Assembly (NCBI GenBank): GCA_965213705.1
Contig: OZ243913.1
Coordinates: 608,001 to 672,000 of the forward strand
Direction of reading: 5' to 3'
From: Trueperaceae bacterium
Lineage (GTDB): Bacteria > Deinococcota > Deinococci > Deinococcales > Trueperaceae
Length of the DNA: 64,000 nucleotides
Shown here: positions 19,887 to 28,906 of the stretch, piece by piece
Numbering within the stretch: position 1 is the first letter of the stretch
Layout: every line of letters begins with the position of its first letter
The notes under the pieces: generated by a model
Told to the model about the DNA's origin: nothing
Seen by the model: the letters and a program-made list of their open reading frames with translations, nothing else
The model's database searches: none
Program-made: the position numbers and the translations under genes

Positions 19887-20337
19887 CGCCACACTGGTTA
19901 CGCCCGAGAACCCTGAAGCGGTGCAACTCGAACTCGACGAGATGTGGTCATTTGTTCGATGTAGACGTAACAAACGGTGGGCCTGGATAGCGCTTTGTAA
20001 GCAGACACGCCAGGTGGTCGCTTGTGTTGTAGGTGGACGTGGCATTGCTACTTGTCAAAAACTTTGGCGTAACATCCCAGATGCTTATAAACAAGGCACG
20101 GTGTTTAGTGACTTCTGGGAAGCTTATCAGGCCGTCGTTCCCGATGAACAGCATCAAGCTGTTGGTAAAGACTCAGGGCTTACAGCACACGTCGAGCGCT
20201 TTAACAATACTATCCGCCAACGCCTAGCGCGCTTTGTCAGAAAGACCTTATCCTTCTCCAAGTCCGAACACATGCACCTCATTTGCTTGCATCTGTTCTT
20301 GGTCCGCTACAATCTTGAGCGTGCTGCTGTCAGTTGA
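19864..20337 (+). CDS. insB: IS1 InsB (DDE catalytic part), reached by frameshift at the A7 run
   Basis: ELDEMWSFV, SDFWEAY and VERFNNTIRQRLARFVRKTLSFSK motifs; frame open from 19864. Confidence 0.92.
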   Translation, partial: AATTPPLSATLVTPENPEAVQLELDEMWSFVRCRRNKRWAWIALCKQTRQVVACVVGGRGIATCQKLWRNIPDAYKQGTVFSDFWEAYQAVVPDEQHQAVGKDSGLTAHVERFNNTIRQRLARFVRKTLSFSKSEHMHLICLHLFLVRYNLERAAVS

Positions 20338-20655
20338 TGGTGGGCCACTACCAAGATTTTGAACTACCCCTCCACCATTAGCTATATCAACAGCTTTACG
20401 GCCAATCTCATAGTTGATCTTATTCCCCCGCACGTAACGAACAGCTATCTCTTCCCACTCTTCCCTTGAAAGATAATTGCCTTCCCAATCAGATTCAGCA
20501 ATTGTTCTTTTAGCTCGTAGAGCCTCAAGGACTTCTTGGTCTGGTTGGGAAATTTTTAACTCAGACGTTTTTTGCAGCTCTTCTTTTACAACCTTTCTAA
20601 CTGAGTCTTCAATCACTTGTTTTAAGTAAGCCTCAATCATAACTTCTCCTTAATT

Positions 20656-20716
20656 GTTTCTTACAAAAAACATGTTTTTTGTAAGAAACTTTAATATAGC
20701 TTTGCTAGTTTGTCAA
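20656..20716 (-). promoter_or_regulatory. promoter of the orphan gene with a perfect 34-bp palindromic operator
   Basis: TTGACA(20716-20711)-N17-TAAAGT(20693-20688); GTTTCTTACAAAAAACATGTTTTTTGTAAGAAAC at 20656-20689. Confidence 0.75.
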
Positions 20717-20737
20717 CTTGATACAACCACACTCAAA
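20717..20737. promoter_or_regulatory. HAIR-like (HspR) operator
   Basis: CTTGAta-N7-ACTCAAa versus consensus CTTGAGT-N7-ACTCAAG, just upstream of the dnaK -35. Confidence 0.75.
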
Positions 20738-20741
20738 TCCA

Positions 20742-20770
20742 TTGACAACAACTTCTATTTCTGCTATCTT
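20742..20770 (+). promoter_or_regulatory. dnaK promoter
   Basis: TTGACA-N17-TATCTT with an extended TGn. Confidence 0.8.
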
Positions 20771-20845
20771 TTTACAGGCATAAATCTGCGCCTGGTCATA
20801 TCAGATTTTTGGCGCATAACGTAAACAAACCCAAAGGAGAACCCA

Positions 20846-22747
20846 ATGGCAAAAGCAGTCGGAATCGACTTAGGCACGACCAACAGCGTCATCGCCGTGA
20901 TGGAAGGCGGTGAGCCGACCGTCTTGGTGAACACCGAGGGCAACCGGACGACGCCGTCGGTGGTGGCGTTCAAAGACGGCAACCGCATGGTCGGCCAGGT
21001 GGCGAAGCGTCAAGCGGTGCTGAACGCGCAGAATACCTTGTTCGAGGTCAAGCGCTACATCGGCCGCACCTGGGACGAAGTGAAAGAAGAAGCCGAGCGC
21101 TCGCCCTACGAAGTGGTGCGCGGCGACGACGGCGGCGTCCGTTTCGTCGCGGGCGGCAAAAAGTACACCCCGGAAGAGGTGTCCGCGATGGTGCTGCAAA
21201 AGCTCGTCGAGGACGCCAGCGCGACCTTGGGCGAGAAAATTACCAAGGCCGTCATCACCGTGCCCGCCTACTTCAACAACTCGCAGCGCGAGGCGACGCA
21301 GAACGCCGGTAAGATTGCCGGGTTGGAAGTTCTGCGAATTGTCAACGAGCCCACCGCGGCGGCGCTGGCTTACGGCTTGGAGAAAAAAGGCAACGAAACC
21401 GTGCTGGTTTTCGACCTGGGCGGCGGCACCTTCGACGTGTCGGTCTTGGAAGTCGGCGACGGTGTCTTCGAGGTGCGTTCGACCTCGGGCGACACCCACT
21501 TGGGCGGCTCGGATTTCGACTACGCGGTCGTGAACTGGCTCGCCGACGACTTTCAAAAGGAATACAACGTCGACTTGCGCAAAGACAAGCAAGCCCTGCA
21601 GCGTTTAATCGAAGCGGCCGAAAAAGCCAAAATTGAACTCTCCGGAATTCCCGAGACGACCATCAGCCTGCCGTTTATCGCGATGGACCCCGGCTCGAAC
21701 GCGCCGCTGTACTTGGAGAAAAAACTCACCCGTAGCAAGTTTGAAGACATCATCCGGCCCCTTTTAAACCGCATCAAAGGCCCAGTCGAGCAGGCGCTCA
21801 AGGACGCCAAGGTATCCAAGACCGACATCGACGAGGTCATTCTGGTGGGCGGCTCGACTCGAGTCCCCGCGGTGAAAAACATCGTTAAGGACGTCCTCGG
21901 CAAGGAGCCGAACCAGTCGGTCAACCCTGACGAGGTCGTGGCGCTCGGTGCCGCGGTGCAAGCGGGCGTGCTGACCGGCGACGTAGACGACATCGTCCTC
22001 CTGGACGTGACGCCGCTGAGTTTGGGCGTCGAAACCAAGGGCGGCGTGTTCACCAAGCTCATCGACCGCAACACCACCGTGCCGGTCCGCAAGAGCGAGA
22101 CCTTTACGACCGCCGAGAGCAACCAGACCGGCGTCGAGGTTCACGTGCTGCAGGGCGAGCGGTCGATGGCGAACGACAACAAGTCTTTGGGCCGCTTCAA
22201 GCTCGACGGCATTCCGCCGATGCCCGCGGGGATGCCGCAGGTCGAAATCACCTATGACATCGACGCCAACGGCGTGCTCCACGTGACGGCCAAGGAAAAG
22301 TCCACCGGCAAAGAGGCCAACATCACCATCCAGAACACCACCACTTTGGGTGAGGACGAGGTCGAGCGCATGGTGCAGGACGCGCAGAAAAACGCTGACG
22401 CCGACCGCAAAGCCAAAGAGATGGCTGAAGCGCGCAACGGGCTCGATACCCTGCGTTCGCAAGCGCAGCAAGTCGTCAACGAGAATGAAGGGGCTCCCGC
22501 CGAAGCCAAGCAGCCGGTGATGGACGCGGTAAACGCGGCTGAAAAAGCCCTCAACGACGGCAGCACCACCAAAGAGCGCTTCGAAGAACTCGGCCAGGAA
22601 CTCGCCGACAAGCTGCAAGCGTTCCAGCAAGCGCAAGCCCAACAAGCCGCCGCCGGTGCCGACCCCGAAGCCAACGTCGCCGCGAGTCCCGACGGTGTCG
22701 GCGAGGACGAAGACGTCATCGACGCCGACTTCAAACCGGCAGGTTAA
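20846..22747 (+). CDS. dnaK: chaperone DnaK
   Basis: [17 protein letters not shown] and LVGGSTR motifs; C-terminal VIDADF. Confidence 0.99.
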   Translation: MAKAVGIDLGTTNSVIAVMEGGEPTVLVNTEGNRTTPSVVAFKDGNRMVGQVAKRQAVLNAQNTLFEVKRYIGRTWDEVKEEAERSPYEVVRGDDGGVRFVAGGKKYTPEEVSAMVLQKLVEDASATLGEKITKAVITVPAYFNNSQREATQNAGKIAGLEVLRIVNEPTAAALAYGLEKKGNETVLVFDLGGGTFDVSVLEVGDGVFEVRSTSGDTHLGGSDFDYAVVNWLADDFQKEYNVDLRKDKQALQRLIEAAEKAKIELSGIPETTISLPFIAMDPGSNAPLYLEKKLTRSKFEDIIRPLLNRIKGPVEQALKDAKVSKTDIDEVILVGGSTRVPAVKNIVKDVLGKEPNQSVNPDEVVALGAAVQAGVLTGDVDDIVLLDVTPLSLGVETKGGVFTKLIDRNTTVPVRKSETFTTAESNQTGVEVHVLQGERSMANDNKSLGRFKLDGIPPMPAGMPQVEITYDIDANGVLHVTAKEKSTGKEANITIQNTTTLGEDEVERMVQDAQKNADADRKAKEMAEARNGLDTLRSQAQQVVNENEGAPAEAKQPVMDAVNAAEKALNDGSTTKERFEELGQELADKLQAFQQAQAQQAAAGADPEANVAASPDGVGEDEDVIDADFKPAG

Positions 22748-22750
22748 CCG

Positions 22751-23317
22751 ATGAGCGACAGCGTCGAAGACATGAACCCTACTGCAGCACCCGATGAAGG
22801 GGTGGAGCAAACCTCCACTCCCGACGGGGACGAGACCGAGATTTTGCGAAGTGAACTCGTCAAGGCGCACGCGCACGCGACCGACCTGCAAACGCAAGCT
22901 GACGATTTTAAGAACAAGTGGCTGCGCTCGAGGGCCGAGATGGACAACTACCGCCGCCGCGCCGCGCAAGACGTCGACCGCGCGCGTGAAGCCGGGATGG
23001 ACAGCGCGCTCCTCACGGTGATGTCGGTGTACGACGACCTGGGCCGCGCGCTCACCGCCGCCGACGGGGCCGACCCGAGCAAAATCGTCCCCGGCATCCG
23101 GGCGGTGCGCGACTCGTTGGAGCGCAACTTAGACACCCTCGGACTTAAAAAGGTCGGCAAGGTCGGCGAAGCGTTCGACCCCGACGTTCACGAGGCGCTG
23201 ACCGCGATGCCGACCGACAACCCCGAACAGGCGGGCAAAATCGCCGACGTGTTCGAGGTCGGGTTTACCAAGGGCGAGCGCCTGGTGCGGCCCGCTCGAG
23301 TTGTCGTCTACCAATGA
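22751..23317 (+). CDS. grpE: nucleotide exchange factor GrpE
   Basis: AEMDNYRRR, FDPDVHEA and RPARV motifs. Confidence 0.97.
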   Translation: MSDSVEDMNPTAAPDEGVEQTSTPDGDETEILRSELVKAHAHATDLQTQADDFKNKWLRSRAEMDNYRRRAAQDVDRAREAGMDSALLTVMSVYDDLGRALTAADGADPSKIVPGIRAVRDSLERNLDTLGLKKVGKVGEAFDPDVHEALTAMPTDNPEQAGKIADVFEVGFTKGERLVRPARVVVYQ

Positions 23318-23339
23318 AAAGCTAGACGGGAGGTGAAGC

Positions 23340-24269
23340 GTGGCTGCTTACAAAGACTATTACGACGTTTTGGGCGTACCTAAAACGGCCAGCCAGAAAG
23401 AAATCCGCGCGGCGTTCCGCAAGAAAGCGGCCAAGCTCCACCCCGACCGCAACCCGGACGACGCCACCGCCGAAGAAAAGTTCAAAGAGGTCAACGAGGC
23501 CTACACCGTCTTGTCGGACGAGGAAAAACGCAAGTTTTACGACCAGTTCGGCACCGAAGGCGGCCGGCCGCCCTTCAACCCGGGTACGGGTGGGGGCGGC
23601 GGCTACACAAACGTCAACCCCGAAGACTTCGCGAACTTCAGCGATTTTTTCCAGGGTTTGTTCGGTGGAGGTGGCTTCAACACGGGCGGCTTTACGACGG
23701 GCTACAGCACACGCGGCGGCGACCCGTTTGCCGACTTTCGAGCCCAGGAACGGCGGCAACCGCGGCTGCAAAATGCCGAGGCGACGCTCGAGATAGACCT
23801 TTTCACGGCCTACCGTGGGGGTGCGACTACTATTTCTATCAACGACCGCCGCATCGACGTGACCATTCCCAAAGGCACCCGTGACGGCGCGAAGTTGCGC
23901 CTCAAGGGTCAAGCGCCGGGCGGGGGCGACCTTTACTTGATTGTCAAGCTCGAGGCCCATCCGGTGTTCAAGCTCGAGGGCGACCAGGTGCGCGTGACCG
24001 TGGACGCGCCCGACTACAAGGCCGTGTTGGGCGGCACCGTGCGCGTGCCGACGCTCGACGGCGACGTGGAAATGACGCTGCCCGAGGGCAGCCAAACCGG
24101 GCGTGTGCTGCGTTTGCGCGGCCAGGGCTGGCCGAAGCGCGACGGCACGCGCGGCGACGAACTCGCGTCGGTGCGCGTCGTCATTCCGGTTGCGCCGAGT
24201 GAGGCGCAACGTGAGCTGTACGAACAGCTCCGGCGAGCCTCCGAAGCCGAGGTTACGGCGGCGGATTGA
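23340..24269 (+). CDS. dnaJ: DnaJ/CbpA-type co-chaperone lacking the Zn finger
   Basis: J domain with HPD, G/F region and C-terminal domain; no CxxCxGxG repeats. Confidence 0.93.
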   Translation: MAAYKDYYDVLGVPKTASQKEIRAAFRKKAAKLHPDRNPDDATAEEKFKEVNEAYTVLSDEEKRKFYDQFGTEGGRPPFNPGTGGGGGYTNVNPEDFANFSDFFQGLFGGGGFNTGGFTTGYSTRGGDPFADFRAQERRQPRLQNAEATLEIDLFTAYRGGATTISINDRRIDVTIPKGTRDGAKLRLKGQAPGGGDLYLIVKLEAHPVFKLEGDQVRVTVDAPDYKAVLGGTVRVPTLDGDVEMTLPEGSQTGRVLRLRGQGWPKRDGTRGDELASVRVVIPVAPSEAQRELYEQLRRASEAEVTAAD

Positions 24270-24299
24270 ACAAGGTACAAAAACGAAGTAGCACACGAC

Positions 24300-24324
24300 G
24301 ACCGGCTCTACAGGCCGGTCTTTT
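24300..24324 (+). terminator. intrinsic terminator of the dnaK operon
   Basis: GACCGGC-7 nt-GCCGGTC followed by TTTT. Confidence 0.7.
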
Positions 24325-24358
24325 GTCGCTACGTCCCTCAAAGCTCCACGCCGTTTTG

Positions 24359-24394
24359 TTGACGCCCTCGGTGACATTGTGTAAATTGATACAA
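24359..24394 (+). promoter_or_regulatory. ABC operon promoter with an overlapping imperfect palindrome
   Basis: TTGACG-N17-TAAATT; TTGTGTAAATTGATACAA at 24377-24394 (14/18 symmetric). Confidence 0.55.
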
Positions 24395-24527
24395 CCTTTG
24401 CGAATTCTGAACCTCACAAAGGCAAGTTGATACCGGCTGCTGCATAGGTCTTCGTTGGGGGTGCGTGTCGGGCTGAAACAACCGAGCGCGACGGGGTTGT
24501 ACGAGAACACACAGGAAAGAGGCGAAC

Positions 24528-26141
24528 ATGACGAAAAAAGCGCGTGTCCCTTTGCTCGAGACTCTAACTTCCCGTAGACAGTTTTTGAAATACAGCCTAG
24601 CGACCGGCAGCGCCGCCTGGGCCGCCTCGCACTTGAGCCTGGCAAGCGCTCAAAGCGGCGGCACAATGGTCTGGCTCGGCCATCAAGAGGTCGCCGGGCT
24701 CGGCCCCGACGACACCGGCCCGACCGTGCAGGCGGTCGTCATCTACAACATCTTGAACCCGCTGTTTCACGTCGATTACCTCACCGAACTCAGACCCATC
24801 CTGGCCGAGTCCTACGAAGTCGCTGAGGACGGCCTGACCTACACCTTCAAGCTGCGCGACGGCGTCAAGTTTCACGACGGCACCACGCTCACCGCGGCGG
24901 ACGTGAAGTACACCTATGACTACTACCGCGACCCGGAAAACGCGACCTCCATCGCCAACGACTTCTTAAACGTCGAATCGGTCGAAGCGCCGGACGACCT
25001 CACTGTAGTCGTCAACATGTCCGACGTGAACGCGGCCTTTCTGACGAGCGGCGCGGAAACGCCCATCGTCCCCGCCGCCTACCACGCCGAAGTGGGCGAG
25101 GAAACGTTCCGCACCCAGCCCATCGGCACCGGCGCGTTCAAGCTGCGCGAGTGGCGCGCGGCCGAGTTTACCGAGATGGAGGCGTTCGAGGACCACTTTC
25201 GCGGTCGACCCAACTATGACGTGCTCAGGCTCGAGGTCGTCCCCGAAGCCTCGGTGCGCTACATCGCGCTGCAAACGGGCGAGGCACAGTCCTCGGTGTG
25301 GCCCCTGTTGGTCGAGGACAGCCTCGCCTTCGAGGGTGACCCGAACTTCCGCGTGATGCGCACGCTTGCCAACTCGGTTAAGCACTTTCCGCTGAACAAC
25401 CAACTGCCGCAACTGAGTGACAAGCGCGTCCGCCAAGCGCTGATGCACGCGCTCGACCGGCAGCGCATTATCGACGACCTCTGGAACGGCACCGCGCAAA
25501 TCGCGCACTCGAACCTGAGTCCCAAAAACGTCTTTTACTACAACCCGAACCTCAAACAGTACGAATACGACCCCGAGACGGCTCAGACGATGCTTGACGA
25601 GGCGGGTTGGACTGTGGGCGCGGACGGTGTCCGTGAAAAAGACGGCGTCAAGCTCTCGTTCACCACCACCACCATCACGGGCGACCAGGCGCGGCGGCCC
25701 ATCGCGGAGTTGGCCCAACAGATGCTGCGCGAGGTCGGCGTCGACATGCAACTTGCCGAAGCGCCGGTCGCCTCGATTTTGGAGGGCCTGACCCAGGGGA
25801 CTTTGGAGTCGGGGTTATTCAACTGGACCTACGGCAGTACGCCCGAGCCCGACCCGTCGGCGACGCTCCGTTCGGACGGCGGCAACAACTTCAACAACTT
25901 CCGCAGCGAGGAGATGGACCGCCTTATCGACCAGGGGCTCGCCACCGTCGACCCCGAGGAGCGCCAGGCAATTTACTACCAGATTCAAGAAATTTTCGTC
26001 GAGGAGGTGCCTGCCCTGTACCTCCAGTTCGACGAGTGGATCAACGTCTGGAACGTGGGCGAGGTTGCCGGTCTACCCGAAACCGTGCTGAGTGGCGACC
26101 CGGTTTACTACATCGACAACTACGAATTTACGCTTGAATAA
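24528..26141 (+). CDS. peptide/nickel ABC substrate-binding protein (family 5), Tat-exported
   Basis: SRRQFLK Tat motif; YTFKLRDGVKFHDG and IGTGAF motifs. Confidence 0.95.
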   Translation: MTKKARVPLLETLTSRRQFLKYSLATGSAAWAASHLSLASAQSGGTMVWLGHQEVAGLGPDDTGPTVQAVVIYNILNPLFHVDYLTELRPILAESYEVAEDGLTYTFKLRDGVKFHDGTTLTAADVKYTYDYYRDPENATSIANDFLNVESVEAPDDLTVVVNMSDVNAAFLTSGAETPIVPAAYHAEVGEETFRTQPIGTGAFKLREWRAAEFTEMEAFEDHFRGRPNYDVLRLEVVPEASVRYIALQTGEAQSSVWPLLVEDSLAFEGDPNFRVMRTLANSVKHFPLNNQLPQLSDKRVRQALMHALDRQRIIDDLWNGTAQIAHSNLSPKNVFYYNPNLKQYEYDPETAQTMLDEAGWTVGADGVREKDGVKLSFTTTTITGDQARRPIAELAQQMLREVGVDMQLAEAPVASILEGLTQGTLESGLFNWTYGSTPEPDPSATLRSDGGNNFNNFRSEEMDRLIDQGLATVDPEERQAIYYQIQEIFVEEVPALYLQFDEWINVWNVGEVAGLPETVLSGDPVYYIDNYEFTLE

Positions 26142-26160
26142 GCTGGCTGTAATGAAGGTG

Positions 26161-26187
26161 GGGGGCTCGAGCCAAGCTCGAGCCCCC
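26161..26187 (+). terminator. intercistronic stem-loop after the substrate-binding gene
   Basis: GGGGGCTCGAGC-caa-GCTCGAGCCCCC; no U-tract on +, so probably a stabilising or attenuating hairpin. Confidence 0.6.
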
Positions 26188-26201
26188 TCAAAAGGCAGCT
26201 C

Positions 26202-27164
26202 ATGTCCGGCTACCTGACCTTCCGCCTGCTCCGCGGCGCGCTCGTCATCGTTTTAATCAGCGTCATGACTTTCGTCATCATGCGGCTTATGCCGGGCGAC
26301 CCGGTCTACTTGCTGCTCGGTGAGGGGCAGGTGCAAATCACCGAAGCGCAAATCGCGGCAATTCGGCAAAAGTGGGGCCTCGACCTGCCCTACTACCAGC
26401 AGTATTTCGTCTGGGCCGGAAACTTGTTGCGCGGCGACTTCGGCACCTCGCTTATTCGCTCGGGCGTGCCGGTGCGGCAGATTATTTTCGAGGCGATGCC
26501 GGTCACGGCGCTCCTCAACTTTTACGCGCTCGGCCTGGCGCTGCTGGTCGCGGTGCCGCTCGGCATCGCCTCGGCGACGCGGCGCAACAGCCCGGTCGAC
26601 TACGCGACCTCGGTGGGTTCGGCCCTCGGCATCGCCACGCCCAACTTCTGGCTCGGACTCATGCTCATCGTACTGTTCGCGCTGTACGTGCCGCGCTGGT
26701 TCGGGGAGATTCCCTTGATTGGGCGCATCCCGCCGTTCGGAGTGCGGAGCTGGCAGGGGTATATTTTGCCGGTCCTGGTTTTGGCTGCCGAGCAGATGGC
26801 GGTGTTGGTGCGCATTATGCGGAGTGCGGTCTTGGAAGTTTTGCCGCAAGACTTCGTGCGCACGGCGCGGGGCAAGGGCTTACCGCGCAGGCGTGTCGTT
26901 TGGCGGCACGTCGTTTCCAACGCGCTGTTGCCGGTCATCACCGTCATTGGCTTTCGCATCGCTTTTCTGCTGTCCGGGACCATCATCATCGAAACTGTGT
27001 TCGCCGTGCCGGGCATCGGGCGGCTGTTTACCGACTCGGTGATGCGGCTGGACTACCAGGTGGTGCAGTCGCTGGTCGTCGTGTTCGCCGTGCTAGTGGT
27101 GGTCGTCAACCTGCTCACCGACCTCGTCTACGCGCTGGTCGACCCGCGCATCCGTATCGCTTAG
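26202..27164 (+). CDS. ABC permease (DppB/OppB-like)
   Basis: PGDP, GDFGTS, DFVRTARGKG and DPRIR motifs. Confidence 0.95.
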   Translation: MSGYLTFRLLRGALVIVLISVMTFVIMRLMPGDPVYLLLGEGQVQITEAQIAAIRQKWGLDLPYYQQYFVWAGNLLRGDFGTSLIRSGVPVRQIIFEAMPVTALLNFYALGLALLVAVPLGIASATRRNSPVDYATSVGSALGIATPNFWLGLMLIVLFALYVPRWFGEIPLIGRIPPFGVRSWQGYILPVLVLAAEQMAVLVRIMRSAVLEVLPQDFVRTARGKGLPRRRVVWRHVVSNALLPVITVIGFRIAFLLSGTIIIETVFAVPGIGRLFTDSVMRLDYQVVQSLVVVFAVLVVVVNLLTDLVYALVDPRIRIA

Positions 27165-27171
27165 GCGCGCC

Positions 27172-28065
27172 GTGGCTATCCCTCGAGCCGACCCCATCAC
27201 GCCCGCCGCGAAACCCGAGAGGCGCAGCGGGGGCAGCCGCGCCTGGAAGCGCTTCGCCGCCAACCGGATGGCGCTCGTCGGACTCGTTATTTTCGTCGGG
27301 CTCTGCCTGGTCGCTGTCTTCGCGCCGCTGCTCACGCCCTACCACCCGACGCAAGATATTTTCCGCGGGATGCGCGGCGTCGCCCCGAGTTGGGAACACC
27401 CGCTCGGCTTCGACCACTTGGGGCGCGACCTGCTCTCGCGGATTTTGTACGGGTCCAGGGTCGCGCTTTTAGTGGGCCTCAGCGCCTCGGTCATCGCGGT
27501 CGTCATCGGCGTGACCGTCGGCGCGGTGGCGGGGTACTTCGGCGGTTGGGTGGACGAGGTGCTGTCCTTAATCATCGACACGCTCATGGCGTTTCCGCTC
27601 ATCGCCCTTCTCATCGTGCTGGCCGCCGTCATCGGTCCTAGCCTCGGCACCACCATCATTGTGATAGGCGCGACCGTGTGGGCGCGCTACGCCCGCGTGG
27701 TGCGCGCCGAGGTGATGAGCCTGCGCCAACGCGACTACGTGGTGGCGGCTCGAGCGCTCGGCTCTCGCGACGGCCGCGTCATCTGGAAACACGTGATTCC
27801 GAATGTGCTCGGTTCGGTTATCGTTTTAGCCTCGCTGCAAATCGGCAGCATCATCATTCTGGAGTCGTCGTTGTCCTTTTTGGGCTTAGGCGTGCGCCCG
27901 CCGACGCCGACCTGGGGCGGCATTTTGGCCGATGGCCGCGCTTTTATCCTGCGCTATCCGCACATCGCGATTTTTCCGGGTTTGATGATTGTGATTACGG
28001 TGCTGGCGTTCAACTTTATCGGCGACGGCTTGCGCGACGCGCTCGACCCACACGAGAAAGACTGA
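27172..28065 (+). CDS. ABC permease (DppC/OppC-like)
   Basis: HPLGFDHLGRD, SLSFLGLG and GDGLRDALDP motifs. Confidence 0.95.
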   Translation: MAIPRADPITPAAKPERRSGGSRAWKRFAANRMALVGLVIFVGLCLVAVFAPLLTPYHPTQDIFRGMRGVAPSWEHPLGFDHLGRDLLSRILYGSRVALLVGLSASVIAVVIGVTVGAVAGYFGGWVDEVLSLIIDTLMAFPLIALLIVLAAVIGPSLGTTIIVIGATVWARYARVVRAEVMSLRQRDYVVAARALGSRDGRVIWKHVIPNVLGSVIVLASLQIGSIIILESSLSFLGLGVRPPTPTWGGILADGRAFILRYPHIAIFPGLMIVITVLAFNFIGDGLRDALDPHEKD

Positions 28066-28208
28066 TATTTTTACGAGTTAGCGAAGTCATAGAAAATGTG
28101 CTGGGAAGCGTGAAGAATGCAGGAGGAAGAATAGAGGAGATTTGTTCTCTCGCCTGAGTTTTTTTGAGGGGCTCGAGGGAGGACAGAGTTTATGAATTTG
28201 GTGACCGT

Positions 28209-28883
28209 GTGAACCGGAGACAGATAACTGTCGTGATGCTGCTGCTTTCCAAGCCTATCAACGTTGGACTCGTGAGCGACGTGCTGGTGCAGGCGCAGAA
28301 CGCATCACAAGAAGACGATGTGGTTATTGAAGAAATTATCGGCTCGGAGGGAGGCAATTTGGGCAAAAAACTGTACAAGGATACTTCAGACAGGTTGTTG
28401 TCAAGTGGTTATGCAACAGCCGTTATTCGAGAAGGAGCTTTGAAGAGTGAGGCACTCGTTGAGTTCACTATTTTGCCGGAGAACACCACAGCTTATCCAG
28501 ATGCCGTTTTTCTCCAGAGCCTATATCCAACTGATAAGCTCGACTACATCGGCCCTTTAGTGATGCTTGAACTCCCTTCCGCATCCCTCAACTTAAACTC
28601 AGCTGATGACCAACTCCTTTTCGGAATTGTGTCTTCTTTTTACGAAGGCGCACTTGACAGAGTTCAGAAGCGGGATATTCGTTTAGAAGTTCGTATAGAC
28701 CTTAAAAATGGAGACATTGCTTTCCACACTCTGCGCTTCGGCTACGTGGGCGAGGCTCCCATCTGGAGTGAATTTTTGAAAGCCAGTTACGGTGACGACT
28801 TACCTGAAACCGTAAAAGTCAGCGTTCAAGCGGTGGACATCAGTCGCGCCCTGCTGAATCCCGACGATTATTTGGGGCCGTAG
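28209..28883 (+). CDS. hypothetical, possibly secreted protein with lower GC; start uncertain
   Basis: Long ORF in an AT-richer patch; N-terminus NRRQITVVMLLL...VQAQ resembles a signal peptide. Confidence 0.6.
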   Translation: MNRRQITVVMLLLSKPINVGLVSDVLVQAQNASQEDDVVIEEIIGSEGGNLGKKLYKDTSDRLLSSGYATAVIREGALKSEALVEFTILPENTTAYPDAVFLQSLYPTDKLDYIGPLVMLELPSASLNLNSADDQLLFGIVSSFYEGALDRVQKRDIRLEVRIDLKNGDIAFHTLRFGYVGEAPIWSEFLKASYGDDLPETVKVSVQAVDISRALLNPDDYLGP

Positions 28884-28906
28884 AACAATCGTAAAGTTTC
28901 GAGCCT

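Larger units (their letters stand above)
19574..20352 (+). mobile_element. IS1-family insertion sequence, 779 bp
   Basis: Ends GGTAGTGG...CCACTACC; 8-bp duplication AAGATTTT at 19566-19573 and 20353-20360. Confidence 0.95.
19302..20640 (-). pseudogene. AT-rich orphan gene (183 aa when rejoined) interrupted by IS1
   Basis: 20640-20353 and 19565-19302 join in frame across the target-site duplication (...GGGVVQNL|VDEIERY...); SD AGGAG. Confidence 0.85.

Noticed and set aside
19302..20045. 247-aa ORF and the 130-aa ORF at 20248-20640 as independent genes
   Set aside because: Both are chimeras of IS1 antisense sequence and the halves of the interrupted orphan gene.
20700..20845. CIRCE or Deinococcus RDRM motif upstream of dnaK
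   Set aside because: No adequate match was found; only the HAIR-like site fits.
24395..24527. Possible TPP riboswitch in the ABC leader (GGGGTGC...CTGAAA)
   Set aside because: It lacks the CTGAGA, ACCTGA and GCGTAGG core elements.
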